Shown here: piece after piece, positions 25,216 through 37,900 of the stretch | How positions within the stretch are numbered: position 1 is the stretch's first letter | How the letters are laid out: each line of letters starts with the position of its first letter | DNA from: Marsupella aquatica | Lineage: Eukaryota; Plantae; Marchantiophyta | Length of the DNA stretch: 64,000 bases | Direction of reading: 5' to 3' | Assembly (NCBI GenBank): GCA_973895155.1 | Contig: OZ316895.1 | Span: 9,412,184-9,476,183 of the forward strand | Notes under the pieces: generated by a model | Told to the model about the DNA's origin: nothing | Databases searched by the model: none | What the model saw: only the letters and a program-made list of their open reading frames with translations | Made by a program: the position numbers and the translations under genes

Positions 25216-28013
25216 ATGGTTGGTAAGCCTGACTGGGGGCGCGAAGGTGCTGCTCCCTCAGGCCAAGTCCGTGTACTGGTCTTGGGCGATTCAGGTCAGC
25301 ACTTGTGTCTTTTTCACATTTGGAGCAGAGGGGCTAATTAAAATACTCGTTATTCTTCTTGCTCTCTAAAATTTCCACTTATTCGCACAGAGAATAGCAG
25401 TGTTTGCCAGCATGGCTTATACAGTTATTGAACAATGCCTGTCGTCCTCTATACGAAAGGTTCTTTCTTTTCTGCAAGAAGATTTCCGATTCTTATATTG
25501 GGTCTTTGGACAGTTGATGTTCTCCCATCTAGAAGTTAAGTGGCTTTCAAACACATCTCTTGTGTGCAGGTGTTGGAAAAACATCACTCATACATCTGAT
25601 AGTCAATGAGACAAGAATAACTAATCCTCGAAGAACAGTTGGCTGTGCGGTCGAAGTTAAGGTACTTTTAACCTTTATCTCGTTACCGTCTAAATTGATC
25701 AAAAACTTTGGGTATCAGAAATCATTGATGAATACTCTGAGTCAAGACATTCCTTCACTGACGCTTATATTTGTGAATGGCAAATGCCAATATTATTTCA
25801 GTTACACGTTTCTATAATCACTCTGGCCGCGTAGCTGAGAACCTTGGCTTAATCTAGGTCCTGAGAAATTGTACTCTTGGTTCTTTTCCCCTTCCAATTT
25901 CGGTTCCATGGGCACTGAGAGATTCTATCGTTAGAGCATAAGAGATGTAACGACAACAAATTGAATGAAGAGGATCATACAACCTTACATTTGGAAGTTC
26001 ACACATCTATTGTCACATCACTGCCATTCGCGGAGATTATGGACAAGTTGGGTCTGTGCTTCACAAAGGGATGGGGGAGTTGATTTATGTTTAACAGGCA
26101 CCTGTAATTTTATTTTGTTAATGCAAGATTATCTTTACAATGTAGGTTAGGTAGGTTCAGATATTACAGCTTCAAATCAGCAAACTAAGAAAAGACGCAA
26201 AGATAGCCGAACATCTGATCAGATAGATCCTGAAGGTCCAGACTTAAGAAACTCCTCTTGAAAACGTTGGGCTGTCTAGAATTTGCTTGAATTTGGGAAC
26301 TACATACAGAATGTACCTGAACTCTATGCATTCTGCAGCATCTGGTTTACAGAGAACCGACCACAAGCTCGTATACTCAAAAGTATAGAGACCGGGATTT
26401 CTTTGTAGAACTGTGGGATATTTCCGGTCATCAGCAGTACAAAGATTGCCGGTCCATATTCTACTCTCAAATTAATGGTAATGTTTTCCACTTGTTTGTA
26501 TTGCATAATCCTGCTTGGGTATTTGCTTGCAGTATTGTGTTTTAGGGTTTATCGACATTTCCACCAATTGGAGATATGTGATTGTTTGAATTTGTTCTGG
26601 CTGCTCATGCAGCTATCATTAGCCGGTTCCTTCAGAGTATCTGGGAAGTAGATAGCTGGTGATCGGGATGGGTGGACAGGCCATCATACAATAATGTGTT
26701 TACACAATATTTTCTATGCTTGTGCAGGTATAATATTTGTGCATGACTTGTCACAAAGGAAGACTAGGGCTAATCTACAAGGATGGGCGAGTGAGGTAGC
26801 ATCTCAAGGAAGTTTCTCAGCACCTCTTCCGAATGGGTATACTAACTCCTTACCTGTCCCATCGTTGGTAATCGGGAACAAGTCTGATATAGCACCGATG
26901 GGAAGCAGCAGCAATTTGGTTGATGCTGCGCGTCAATGGGTTGAGAAACAAGGGTTGCTTTCCCCTAGTGACGAACTTCCAACAACGCAAAAATTTCCCG
27001 GCGGTCGTGATCTGCAAGCTGTAAGTTCCTATCTTACAGCCTTCCATGATGAATGTTTCTGTATCCTTATATTCTCATTTGAGTAAATTGTTGCAATCTT
27101 GAATTAGCGTGGTAAGAATTACACCGTTGCAAGAGACCCGTCTGTTATGTCCAGAAAGGGTGCACAGTAATCGCTACCAATAACCTAATATTGAAACCTG
27201 TGCATGGTTGTTCTTATCCTGTGAAGGCTGCAAAAGAAGGCGATTTGGATTCGGATGCAGTCAGAAGATTTTTTGTCTCTGTAAGTAGCTACCCATCATA
27301 TGCTATTCCAGATCGCTAGATATCTACATTATAAGTATGGGAAGTGACCTTCAATTCATTAATCAATCTGGATCTCTCTTTGTGAAATGTAATGTAAATC
27401 TATCATATAGCAGAATAGGGCTATTTGATTAAAACCATCAGTAGTTACGTTGTCTAGTTTCCAGTGGACCCTTCTGACAGCGTCGTCTGATTTATCAATG
27501 CTTGAATCTTTTTGGCAGTTAATCCAAAGGAAATATTACCCTGAGGAACTCATGTCTACTACTCCAGCTCAGACTTGGAATGGACTTCAAGCAACGAGAA
27601 CTGGTGCCAGTGCGATTCACTCAAAACAATTATCTTTTGATGATCAGCTGCTCTCTTCAAGGTAAAGTCATACACATTTTTGGTCAAGTCGTCGAAGTCA
27701 AAAGTCCTGGGATCGCGACATATTTATGTGTCCATCCTGCTCTAGTTCGGTGAAGGGGTGACCTACTGATTGGCTTTAAGTATTTTATATATAGCAATCC
27801 TGAGAGATTTGCTGTTCGTCATGCTGCAGCTCTTCCTTTGGTGGCGACTCCGCATATAATATTCCGTGGTCACGACAAGAAAGATTGTCCCCCCCAACCT
27901 CTCCCTCTCCCGAGAAACCACTCTCACACGCAGATTTCCTTGCATTTAAATTGGGCCCAGCTCAACCTCTTACACGTTCCAATTCAGGCTCAAGTCGAAT
28001 TGACATTCGTTGA
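25216..28013 (+). CDS. LIP1: Small GTPase LIP1/RABL3-like, 7 coding exons (approx. 25216-25294, 25570-25661, 26339-26477, 26728-27020, 27227-27280, 27519-27661, 27830-28013)
   Basis: Spliced translation: QVRVLVLGDSG|VGKTSL...TVGCAVEVK|...FFVELWDISGH...FYSQING|IIFVHDLSQRKT...VIGNKSD..., C-terminus SSRIDIR*. All introns GT-AG and phase-compatible. Confidence 0.9.
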
Positions 28014-28690
28014 TAAAGTTATTATTCTTTCGGCCTCGGTGAGGAGATCTATCACATCAAAGAGAAGTATTGCATTCGTGAAGGTTGTCGATATATAGTA
28101 GTTTGGTTTACACTTCACCCATTACTCCCTCAGAATCGGTCGACAGCTAATGTAAGATAGTGGCTGCTGAGTATCTTTTGGAAATTTCCAATGGAAGAAT
28201 ACAATTGACCGCCGACTACATCCCCCAGAATTGGGTTCGATCCGTGAAGGCAATCAGTTTACAGAAAATTACCAGGCAGTGATGTACTGGAATGTACAGT
28301 CACAAGGCATGCTTCATTGTCTTGTGTGAAAGTGGTTGGAATAAGGCCACGGTTTTAACTTCGGGCTCCCATTGAGTCAAATGGAGATGAGTTCATACAG
28401 AACTGTATGCTCTTTATTATTCCTTAAGAAACAGAGAACGCGTTTCTGTCTACTTGGTGTAGTTGTTTTCTTTAATGTCAGTTGCAATTCAAATGAGGGC
28501 TTCGACTGCGTCGCCATACTTCTGGCTCATGTAACACCACCAAAGAAACTCGTCGTCCCAGACTTCATCAGAGTAGCAAAATATAGACTGAATGATGGCT
28601 TGATATGCTAGATCCAAAGCTAGGATGAGAGCCTACTGTCTAGAGTGAAACCTTTAGATCTCTAGACCTTGACCTTGGGACACAGCTGGA

Positions 28691-28960
28691 ACTGGAAACA
28701 GGCATAGGTACTCACCATATTTGTGAGCAAAGCTCAGGCTAGTATTGGCAATCAGAGGAAGCCAGGCATAGATACTTACCATCTATCGAGCATTCAGGCT
28801 AGTAGTGGCAATCAGAGGAAGCCAGGCATAAGTACTTACCATCTATCTGGCATTCAGGCTAGTATTGGCAATCCGAGGAAGCCTAAGAGTTGCACTGGAA
28901 ACAGGCATAGGTACATAGCATCTATTTGTGAGCAAAGCTCAGGCATTGCAATCAGAAGAA
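28691..28960 (+). repeat. 60-bp tandem repeat (~2.5 units) bracketed by a ~45-bp direct repeat
   Basis: caggctagta(t/g)tggcaatcagaggaagcc at 28735, 28795 and 28855; actggaaacaggcataggtac...atttgtgagcaaagctcaggc occurs twice. Confidence 0.85.
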
Positions 28961-29742
28961 GCATAAGAGTTGCAACCAAACATTGTGCAAGAAGTGTAAG
29001 CCCGTTGAAGATTCCTGAAGGAGAGTCTCATAAAGAAAGCTTGTCTACCATTGATCTCAAAGGAGAACGCTAACCACCACCAAAAAGTAACCTTGGTTTA
29101 TCAGACAAGACAAATATGCTCTTCTCACATTACTGTAGTGCCCTAACCCCAAAAGCTTGAGAGTTTGGGGTTGAGTGGAGTAGTCTTCTACTCCTAGCTT
29201 ACCCTCTATGGAACCCTGGCTTTACCCTAATCCTAGCATAGCCTCTATGGAAACTTGGGGATCCACCACTGTCAAATGCCATCCCCAATGTCTCTTAACA
29301 TAAAGTCAAATGGGTGAAACCAAATCCCATTTATTTTCCAGCCATTAGATCCACCAAACCCCTAATCCCCTCCTCCCCTTGTGCTCTGTCTGGCTTGCCT
29401 TGCCAGCCTGTCCATTCCCCTCCCTCCTTAATGCTCCATCGTGCACCCACCCTGATGTGTGCCTTGCAAGGGGAGCAGGAGAGAAAGGGGAGGGCGGATT
29501 GGGGGCAAGGTGAAAAATGCGGGAGGAACAAAGGAAAAATGTTCTCCCCTCTTTGTGGACTGCGCCTGGACCCCTGATGCCCAGACCACCAATGCCCCCG
29601 ACCCACCCACCAAGATGAGAACATTTCTGGAACAATAATCATGCAACCAAAGCAACAACTTACACTTATGCAACCAGACCATGACAGCACAGAAGATACG
29701 GCCCGAACAACAACACTTATTTGTCTCACTTGCACTTCTTTG

Positions 29743-29895
29743 ACCGCGTGTTAAATCTACGTCAAGTTAAGGCGGTCAGTACACCAGAACATAAACCAAT
29801 ACATTATATTTATGATATACAAACCAAGTGCTTTCAACTACATGTGTTTTGGTTTATGTTCTGGTTGTATGGTTGACTTAGATTTAACGCATGGT
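29743..29895. mobile_element. Hairpin MITE (~153 bp) with 8-bp TSD
   Basis: Long imperfect inverted repeats (accgcgtgttaaatctacgtcaa / ttgacttagatttaacgcatggt; ccagaacataaacca / tggtttatgttctgg) flanked by CTTCTTTG on both sides. Confidence 0.75.
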
Positions 29896-31231
29896 CTTCT
29901 TTGCATCACCTTGACACACTGTCAAGATATATGGGATGTAGGATTCACAACAGCTCAATGATCTTTCTTCTTTGACTCTAGGCATAGGGTTCATGCCCCA
30001 GGTGTCAAAGGCAATGTTTGCCAATAGAAAGGTCCGAACATCATGACAGTTTCATGTTGTCTAGGTTCAAATACCACCAAAGATGCCAAGAGTTGTATCT
30101 GGCAATCCCTCTCTATCTAGGACAATAGATTGCACTAATGCCAACGTAGCCAAGATTGTCAAGGTAACCTCCCTCCCTCAATAGAAGAATGTGGGAACAA
30201 CACATGTCCTGGTTAGATTTTGGATGTAAGAGTCATATTTTCCCTTGTCACAGAACTTGGTCATCAAGTTCAACTGAACCTATTAGAGAACATTGTACTG
30301 TCAACAAACTAGGGCGAGTCAAATCTGTGTTTGTAGGGAGTCATGTCACTATACAAAAATTGTAAACCCTCCACACTTTAAACTACTCCAATCGCTTTCA
30401 ACATCCCAGGATCACTGATATCTCGAGGACAACTCATGTGCAACAGGGAGGTCACATCCCAAGACATGCTTGAAACACTTCAAAGTGTTTCAAGCACCAA
30501 ACACCCAAAAACAACTGTTGTTACCCACAAACTGCCTCCTAAAGGGCCATTTACAACCCTTGTCAAAATACTGTAGCCCACTTTATATGACCAGGGAAAT
30601 CAATCAAGTTGTATCCAAAACTTTTTAAACATAAACTCTCAGTAAATGTTGCTTTGACACGTCCTAGTGTGAATGTGAAGGTTATTGTGTCCCTTTACTT
30701 CTTATGAATTTAGTCTGGGAATTTTTTGACAAAACATAGTTAGTCAACCATGGGTTGCTATAATTTTGGAGTTAGACCAGTTTCCATTCCCCCCCCCCCC
30801 CCTTTGCTACCCCTACCCTTGTTCATCAGAGTGGGTGCACGTCCTTTATGTCACCCTCAGTTTTCATAACCAGGGCAGGGGTGGCTATGGGGGTAATGGA
30901 AAAAGCACCTGATTACAAACCAAGGCATCCTGAGCTAATTGAGCCCTGTTAGCTTCCCATTTATGCCACTGTACACCTAGATTGACCAATAAGACTCAGT
31001 CATGTTTAGCTTCCATTGAAGCCAATGGCCTGTTTTACTCCCATTTTTATTGGGGTTTACTTGACATATATGTAAAGTATTCCGTTCAAAACTAAAAAAT
31101 AGAAGAAATTCATATTTACAAAGTTGCCATAATGCCATAACCAGAGAGCTTTGAGGGGTTATTATTGTCCCATAATGCTCACCGATATAATAATTAAGTC
31201 ATGTTTACAAAGCATTGGGTTCCATTAATCC

Positions 31232-31384
31232 CAATGGTCTAATTTGAGAATGGGTTAATCCAAATCTTGACTGTGAATTCTTCTCCAAGCTAAAAATCGC
31301 ATTAGGTTCCATAATGCCAATGGTCTAATGGTCTAATTTGAGAATGGGTTAATCCAAATCTTGACTGTGAATTCTTCTCCAAGC
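31232..31384 (+). repeat. Local tandem duplication upstream of CSE1
   Basis: aatggtctaatttgagaatgggttaatccaaatcttgactgtgaattcttctccaagc occurs twice. Confidence 0.9.
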
Positions 31385-32100
31385 GAAAAATGGCGTTTCT
31401 GGAAATTTCTACACCTCTTCTACTGAAGTGTCGCGTGACAATCATGCTTTACGGGGACGTCTTGTTGCTGTCCGCCGCTCTGCTTCTTCATCGGCGGACT
31501 GACCGACGAATGCTCGTCGTCTCCTCTCCGGCTCCCATTTCCCCCCCTCGATCTGAGCTCGCTCAACATTTGAATTGAACTTTCTGGACGATCATCCTGA
31601 GCTGGTCGGAAAATCGGCTCCGCATTCCACGCCCGCTCGATTAGAACCCCTGCTTACATCCCAATTGACGACCTCGTCATCCTCCTGTGGTGCTTTGCCC
31701 TCTCTCGTGAGATCGTCTCGTTTCGTCCTTCTCCAGCTCTCCATTTTAGGTCGCCTCCTGGGATCCTTTCGTTCCTCTCCTTCCGTGCGGGGAGGGGTTC
31801 GGATCCGGATGCGTTCGTGAATCCTCTCTGATGGCGAGGTTCCGTGGAATTTGTTCATGTTGCTCGTGAGGATAAATCTGGTGGTGGTGTTGTACATGAT
31901 CAGCTCGGTAGGGTTTTTGGTTTTAGACGACTGGTTTGCGGTCGGGATTTGGTAGTCAAGCTAGGGTTTAGGCGGTTGGAAGATTAGTGTAGATCTACAG
32001 AGTAGTGTGAGAGTTGTTGCGGAGAACGGGGAGAAGGGCACCGATAGCAGGAGAAGGAGGAGAAGAGGGGTTGAGTGACTGTGTGTGAGAATTTATCAAC

Positions 32101-35016
32101 ATGCAGTACAGTGAGGAGGGATTGCGGACGTTGTCTCAGTGTTTTGTGCAGACGTTGGCTCCCGATCCAGTGCCAAGAAGACAAGCGGAAGGATTCCTGA
32201 AGCAGCAGGCGGATCAGCCTGGGTTCGGAATTGCGCTTTTGCGACTCCTGTCTGAGGGATCGGTGGATGACCTGGTGCGGCAATCCGCTGCTGTCAATTT
32301 CAAGAATCATGTGAAGGCTCGATGGGATGTTGGCGATCCAGAGGCTCCGACTGCCGTCGGCATACAGGACGCTGAAAAGGAGCAAATCAAATCTACTATT
32401 GTCAGATTAATGCTCAGCACTCCCCCGAAGATCCAGTCTCAGCTGAGCGAGGCCTTGAGCATCATCAGTAACTATGACTTCCCTGGCAAATGGCAGACTC
32501 TATTACCCGAGCTGGTGTCAAGCCTCAGGTCATCCGTTGACATATCTAGTACCAGTAGAGTGGACATTAATGTTATCAACGGAGTCCTCAGCACCGCTAA
32601 TTCCATTTTCAAGAAATTCAGGTACCAATATAAGAGCAACGAACTGTACATCGATCTCAAGTATTGTCTGGATGCATTTGCTGCACCCTTGCTGGACGTG
32701 TTTCAAAAGATCGGCCAGCTCTTGAAATTAGCTGAAACGAACCCGGGTACGTTAAAGCCTTTGTTCGAGGGCCAGCGGCTCTGCTGCAGGGTTTTCTACT
32801 CGCTTAACTTTCAGGAGCTTCCTGAATTCTTCGAGAACCACATGAAGGAGTGGATGGGAGAATTTCACGAGTACCTCATTTACTCGAACCCTTCACTGAA
32901 CGAGAGCGATCCGGGTAAAGCGAGTGTGGTGGACCAACTCAAGGCTGCAATTTGTGAAAATATTAACCTCTACATGGAAAAGAATGAGGAAGAGTTTCAG
33001 GAATACTTGGGGCAGTTTGCGACAGACGTGTGGAGCCTTCTCATGACTGTGTCTCTGTCCCCGAGCCACGATCGTCTGGCAACCACTGCAATCAAGTTCC
33101 TCACAATTGTAAGCAAGAGTGTCCACCACACCCTCTTTGCCGACCCAAGTACCTTGAGGCAGATATGTGAGAGCATAGTCATTCCAAATGTTAGACTCCG
33201 TGATGAGGACGAGGAGCTTTTTGAAATGAATCATGTGGAATATATTAGAAGAGATATGGAGGGCAGTGATTTGGACACGAGGAGAAGGGTGGCATGCGAG
33301 CTCGTCAAAGGTCTCTCTACCCACTACCGTGAACAGGTTACAGGCTTGTTCTCGGCCTACATCAACGAGATGCTGAAAGAGTACGCCGTCAACCCGGAAC
33401 AGAATTGGAAAGCGAAAGATTGTGCAATTTACTTGGTGGTCTCCTTGGCACCTCGGCAAAGCGGTGGAGGATCGGTGGGGTCTGAGTTTGTTAATGTGGA
33501 TCAGTTCTTTATGGCCCAAGTTGTGCCAGAACTTCAGAGCCCGGATGTAGACTCACAACCTTTGTTGAAGGCAGACGCGCTGAAGTTTGTGACTACTTTC
33601 CGTAGTCAGGTTCCGAAATCGTTGGCTTTGGGTTTGTTAGTAAGGTTTCTAGTAGCCGAATCTAATGTTGTGCATTCTTATGCCGCCAGCTGCATTGAGA
33701 AGCTGCTCACCGTTAAAGATGGCAAACAGCTACGATACTCTGCAGCCGATTTGGATCCTGTGTTGGAGCAACTTTTGACAAACCTTTTCGCTGCCCTGAA
33801 GCTTCCTGAATCCCAAGAAAATGCCTACGTGATGAAGTGCATTATGAGAGTTGTTAACCTCGGAGAGTTAAGGCAGTATACTTCCTTGTGTCTAGCAGAG
33901 CTGGCCAGAATTCTCATGGAGGTGTGTAAAAATCCCACCAATCCGAGCTTCAATCACTATCTCTTTGAGGCTGTTGCCGCCCTGGTGAGGAAATCGTGTG
34001 GGAAGGATTCACAACAGGTTGCAGCTTTCGAATATCTGCTCTTCCCAGTGGTTGAAATTGTTTTGGAACAGGAAGTGACTGAATTCGCTCCGTACGTCTT
34101 TCAAATTCTAGCTCAGCTTATCGAGAGTAGAGGGCCTCCTCTTGACAGTGTCTACCTTAAAATGTTTCCACTTCTCCTGACTCCCTCTCTATGGCAACGA
34201 TCAGCCAATGTTCCTGCTCTTGTGAGATTGCTTCAAGCATATTTGCAAAATGCTCCGCAAGAGTTCAATCAACCGAGCAGTCTAAATTCTGTGCTTGGAG
34301 TTTTTGAGAAGCTGGTAGGCTCGAGGAGCACAGACCATCAGGGTTTTTTCATTCTGAATACTATCGTGGAAAACTTGAGCTACCAGGCGTTTGCGCAGTA
34401 TGTTCCTCAGATCTGGGGAATTCTTTTCTCAAGGCTTCAACGCGAACGAACGGTCAAGTTCATAAAATCTCTTATCATTTTTATGTCATTGTTTGCCGTA
34501 AAGCATGGCCATGCACTGCTGACGGACTCCATAAACTCTGTGCAGCCAAACCTGGTGTTCATGATTTTTGAGCATGTTTGGGTGCCCAACTTAACTTACA
34601 TTACAGGAGATATTGAGACTAAGCTGTGCGCTGTAGCTGCCACGAAGCTCTTAACAGAATCTCCGATTTTGCTGTCAGACGCTGCTCAAGTGACCTGGGG
34701 AAAACTGCTAAATAGCGTTGTGACACTTCTAGTTAGACCTGAAGAGGACAGGGCAGAAGAAGAGACAGATATCCCGGATTTAGATGAGGTGGTTGGCTAC
34801 ACCACAACCTATGCTCAGCTGCACAATGCAGGAAAGAAAGAAGAGGATCCGGTGAAAGAAATCAAAGATTCGAAGGAGTATCTGGCAACGTCTTTGGCGA
34901 GAGTATCTGCGCAATTCCCAGGAAGGTTTGTGGGCATCATTCAACAGTCATTGGATCCTGCCAATCAAGCTGGGCTTATGCAAATTCTTAATACCTATCA
35001 TGTGGGTCTGGCGTGA
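32101..35016 (+). CDS. CSE1: Exportin-2 / CSE1 (importin-alpha re-exporter), single coding exon
   Basis: 971-aa ORF with an IBN_N-like start (RQSAAVNFKNHVKARW), Cse1 motifs (SLNFQELPEFFE; EYIRRDMEGSDLDTRRR; WKAKDCAIYLV) and a CAS C-terminus. Confidence 0.96.
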   Translation: MQYSEEGLRTLSQCFVQTLAPDPVPRRQAEGFLKQQADQPGFGIALLRLLSEGSVDDLVRQSAAVNFKNHVKARWDVGDPEAPTAVGIQDAEKEQIKSTIVRLMLSTPPKIQSQLSEALSIISNYDFPGKWQTLLPELVSSLRSSVDISSTSRVDINVINGVLSTANSIFKKFRYQYKSNELYIDLKYCLDAFAAPLLDVFQKIGQLLKLAETNPGTLKPLFEGQRLCCRVFYSLNFQELPEFFENHMKEWMGEFHEYLIYSNPSLNESDPGKASVVDQLKAAICENINLYMEKNEEEFQEYLGQFATDVWSLLMTVSLSPSHDRLATTAIKFLTIVSKSVHHTLFADPSTLRQICESIVIPNVRLRDEDEELFEMNHVEYIRRDMEGSDLDTRRRVACELVKGLSTHYREQVTGLFSAYINEMLKEYAVNPEQNWKAKDCAIYLVVSLAPRQSGGGSVGSEFVNVDQFFMAQVVPELQSPDVDSQPLLKADALKFVTTFRSQVPKSLALGLLVRFLVAESNVVHSYAASCIEKLLTVKDGKQLRYSAADLDPVLEQLLTNLFAALKLPESQENAYVMKCIMRVVNLGELRQYTSLCLAELARILMEVCKNPTNPSFNHYLFEAVAALVRKSCGKDSQQVAAFEYLLFPVVEIVLEQEVTEFAPYVFQILAQLIESRGPPLDSVYLKMFPLLLTPSLWQRSANVPALVRLLQAYLQNAPQEFNQPSSLNSVLGVFEKLVGSRSTDHQGFFILNTIVENLSYQAFAQYVPQIWGILFSRLQRERTVKFIKSLIIFMSLFAVKHGHALLTDSINSVQPNLVFMIFEHVWVPNLTYITGDIETKLCAVAATKLLTESPILLSDAAQVTWGKLLNSVVTLLVRPEEDRAEEETDIPDLDEVVGYTTTYAQLHNAGKKEEDPVKEIKDSKEYLATSLARVSAQFPGRFVGIIQQSLDPANQAGLMQILNTYHVGLA

Positions 35017-35707
35017 TGTATTGTGTGTTGAGCCACTACAATACTTCAAACCGGATGCTGGATGGATTAAGAGCTAGCTCAGTTCATGGTCAACCTCATG
35101 TCATGCTACACATGTATGTTTGACAGACGAGTCTTTGCAAGCAAGGTACCTTTCAATTGCTGTTGCGTTGGAAGTTTTTAAAATTTCTGTAAGAATTTTT
35201 AATAATTCGAATCTTGAACATTTCAAGTTTTTCATTGCACGCACTAATTTTTGCTGTAGATCTAGCTGTGGTCTGGCAATATTTCTACCTTTCTTTTCGG
35301 AACTCTTTGCTTTCCTTACGATGAAAATTTTGTTTTTCCGCAGCTTTCCTGGTGTCACGTCTGCTATCGTTCTTCCTCAATCAAGCAGCAAAGATAATTG
35401 TCCCTAGAGCCTATTCCTCTGCAGCACCTGTTCACAGAAGCTGACCTCCTTCAGAAATTAGGTCCCTTTGTTGTACAGTCATCTTATTTAAGAACAAGGT
35501 TGAGGCAGCAGATATGTACTGAGTAAACTCGCGGCTTTGCGTTGTCGTCTTCGAGTATGGGAACCCACAATCACCTAGCAGTGCTCTTACTTTTTTTGGT
35601 ACCCGTTGTGCACTTGCTTGGCGATCTGCCTAAGCAATTATCTTCGTAGAGGGCTTTCCATTTTACCGGTCTTCTTGCTATTCTTTTATGTCGTGATGGT
35701 CCTTTCC

Positions 35708-35976
35708 TATTGTTTGCAGTCCTTAAGGCCAGAAATCTGACATGTTCAAGCAGTGTTGTAAGATCCCGGCAACGGCTGTTGCAGACTCAATGAATATTGT
35801 AGTTAATTTTCTTTTTAGTGAGGGCCATAGCATGAACCTAAACTCGTATTGTTTGCAGTCTCTTAAGACTTAAATATCTGACACGCGCAAGCAGAGTCGT
35901 AAGATCCCCGCAACGGCTGTTGCAGACTCGTTGAATAATGTAATTTTTACATTTTTTAGTGAAAGCCATAGTATGA
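35708..35976 (+). repeat. ~139-bp tandem duplication downstream of CSE1
   Basis: tattgtttgcagtc...gtaagatccc(g/c)gcaacggctgttgcagactc...gccatag occurs twice. Confidence 0.85.
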
Positions 35977-36329
35977 AGAACACGGACCTTATCGTCTAGA
36001 TGCCTCTAGTTCACTCCACGTGTGGTGTTTGAGAGCTGCTTTACTTGGCGGGTGGAATCTGGTGTTTAGTAGGTCGTTGACAACTGTCCTTATCAGAGAG
36101 GACCTTATTCGGATGCCTCTTTCACAGGGTCTCGTAGATTTGCTTGACTTCGTCCCGACAGGTTCCATCTCTTTCTAAACTAGTTCCTAGATATCAGGGT
36201 GCTTTATTCTTTGTGTCATCTGCGTAGTTGTCTGATGCCATACATGTAATGGTTGTAGTTTTTACGAATTGTGAGCCAGAAATCCAAATAAGATTGTAGG
36301 TTTTTCATCTGCAATCTATCTTTCATCTT

Positions 36330-37900
36330 GGCATCATTGGATGAAGAGCTCGAAAGGACTTCCAATTTGTGTGAGGCATGGTGGGCTGCAAATTAGTGGG
36401 AAGTCGTGGTCTTCATGTGAGGAAAATAGCCACCCCAAGCTTTTATAGGATATAGTAGAGGGTGTGCCACAACATACGTTTGGTGTAAGCATCTTTTTCG
36501 AACTTCTTGGAACAAGTGAGATGGAGAAATTGGGAATCAATTGGAGACGGGGAAGTGCGCTTCTACGCTGAACAGCTGGGGCCCTACTGCTCGACATGTA
36601 TGTCGTAGTAGTAGGGCAAGGCTAGGATTTCGTAGCGTCCAAAAGTTTTGGTCGTGCACCAAGAAATAGGAACTTATGTTACACACCTGAAGCACTTTCC
36701 AATTCTTTTCTGCCCTTTGCGTTGGAGATTGTGTAAGCAAGTTGCGAGCCATCCAAAATCAACCTGAGTCAGAGGAATTGATGATTCTGGGTGAGGGTGC
36801 TTTTCATCTTAGGCACCTGGGCTTAAAGTTTGGAAGGGCAAATTTCCATTCTGCCGTCTTGAGTGGGTTGGTGACAGATGCCTATGACAGGTGCCTATGC
36901 TGTGAGTGCTTCCCTTTTCTTGGAAATTGAGTATGCGATCGTGGAAAGCTCGGTATGGCACTTACAACAGCTTTTAAGAGCACGAGCCTACCTCGTATCC
37001 TGAGGAACCTATTTGCGCAATGCCAGACCTTTCCAAGTAAACTCCAGTTCTTGATGTAGTGGCGGATGGGCAACCGGGATAAGTCATTATCTTCGGCGAA
37101 ACTCTTCCACCATACTAAGCAGAGTTCTGAAATCTTCTTAGATTTCTCTTAGGAAGAGTTGGACGCCGTATACAAAGAGTTGGTGTAGAAGGGCGGTTCC
37201 TTTACCAATTTGAAGGCCCTGAAACGCGCCTTTGGGTATTTTGTCTACCTACAGTAGATGCACTCGAGTTGTGTCAGGATTGCAAAAAGTAGAGAGATCG
37301 CTGGACACCATGGCTGACTCTTCTGCTCAATGGGATCTCTTTGTGAAGCCCTTGTTTATGTGGGACCTTTGAATGTTCACTTTGTACCATCCCTTTCACA
37401 AATTAGATGAATTAGGATCAAAACCCATGTGACTCATGGTTGCCCAGAGAAACGACTGGTCAATCCCATCGTTTTTTTAGACAAGAGATTTAAGAATTCC
37501 GACCTAGCCATGTTCAGAGCCCTAGACATAAAGGTACACACAAGGAGGATGTCCAAGCCCACTCTGAATGTGACAACCCACCAATGGGCCTGTGGGTTTT
37601 TGCAGATCATTTTGGGACTCACTACAATGGTCATGCTCCCAGTAGACTCCTCTGTAAGCTCTTTTATCGACAGCTTTGGTAGTAGAGTGTATTTTGGGGT
37701 TTTGCCATGACTTTTTTGATGTATTCATTATCTTACCAAAGTTATTCTTAGAAAACCTGTTCTATTTCCCAATGTTCTTTATTTGGAATGTCGTTGGAGA
37801 CTTATTATTGTTAGTGCTTTTGTACAACTTGGTACTTTCCATGTTGGGCATCGCTGCAGGAGGATGTTATAAGAAAAGTATAAAACCCTCCCTCCTACCA
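36330..37900 (-). mobile_element. Decayed non-LTR (LINE) reverse transcriptase fragment
   Basis: Disrupted minus-strand peptides DGIDQSFLWATMSHMGF (cf. AYDRVDH.FL), FAEDN (cf. FADD) and LRIRGRLVLLKAVVSAIP (typical L1 post-RT region); many stops and frameshifts. Confidence 0.75.

Noticed and set aside
28723-29073. 116-aa repeat protein
   Set aside because: The ORF arises from a 60-bp tandem repeat, starts at GTG and has no recognisable domain.
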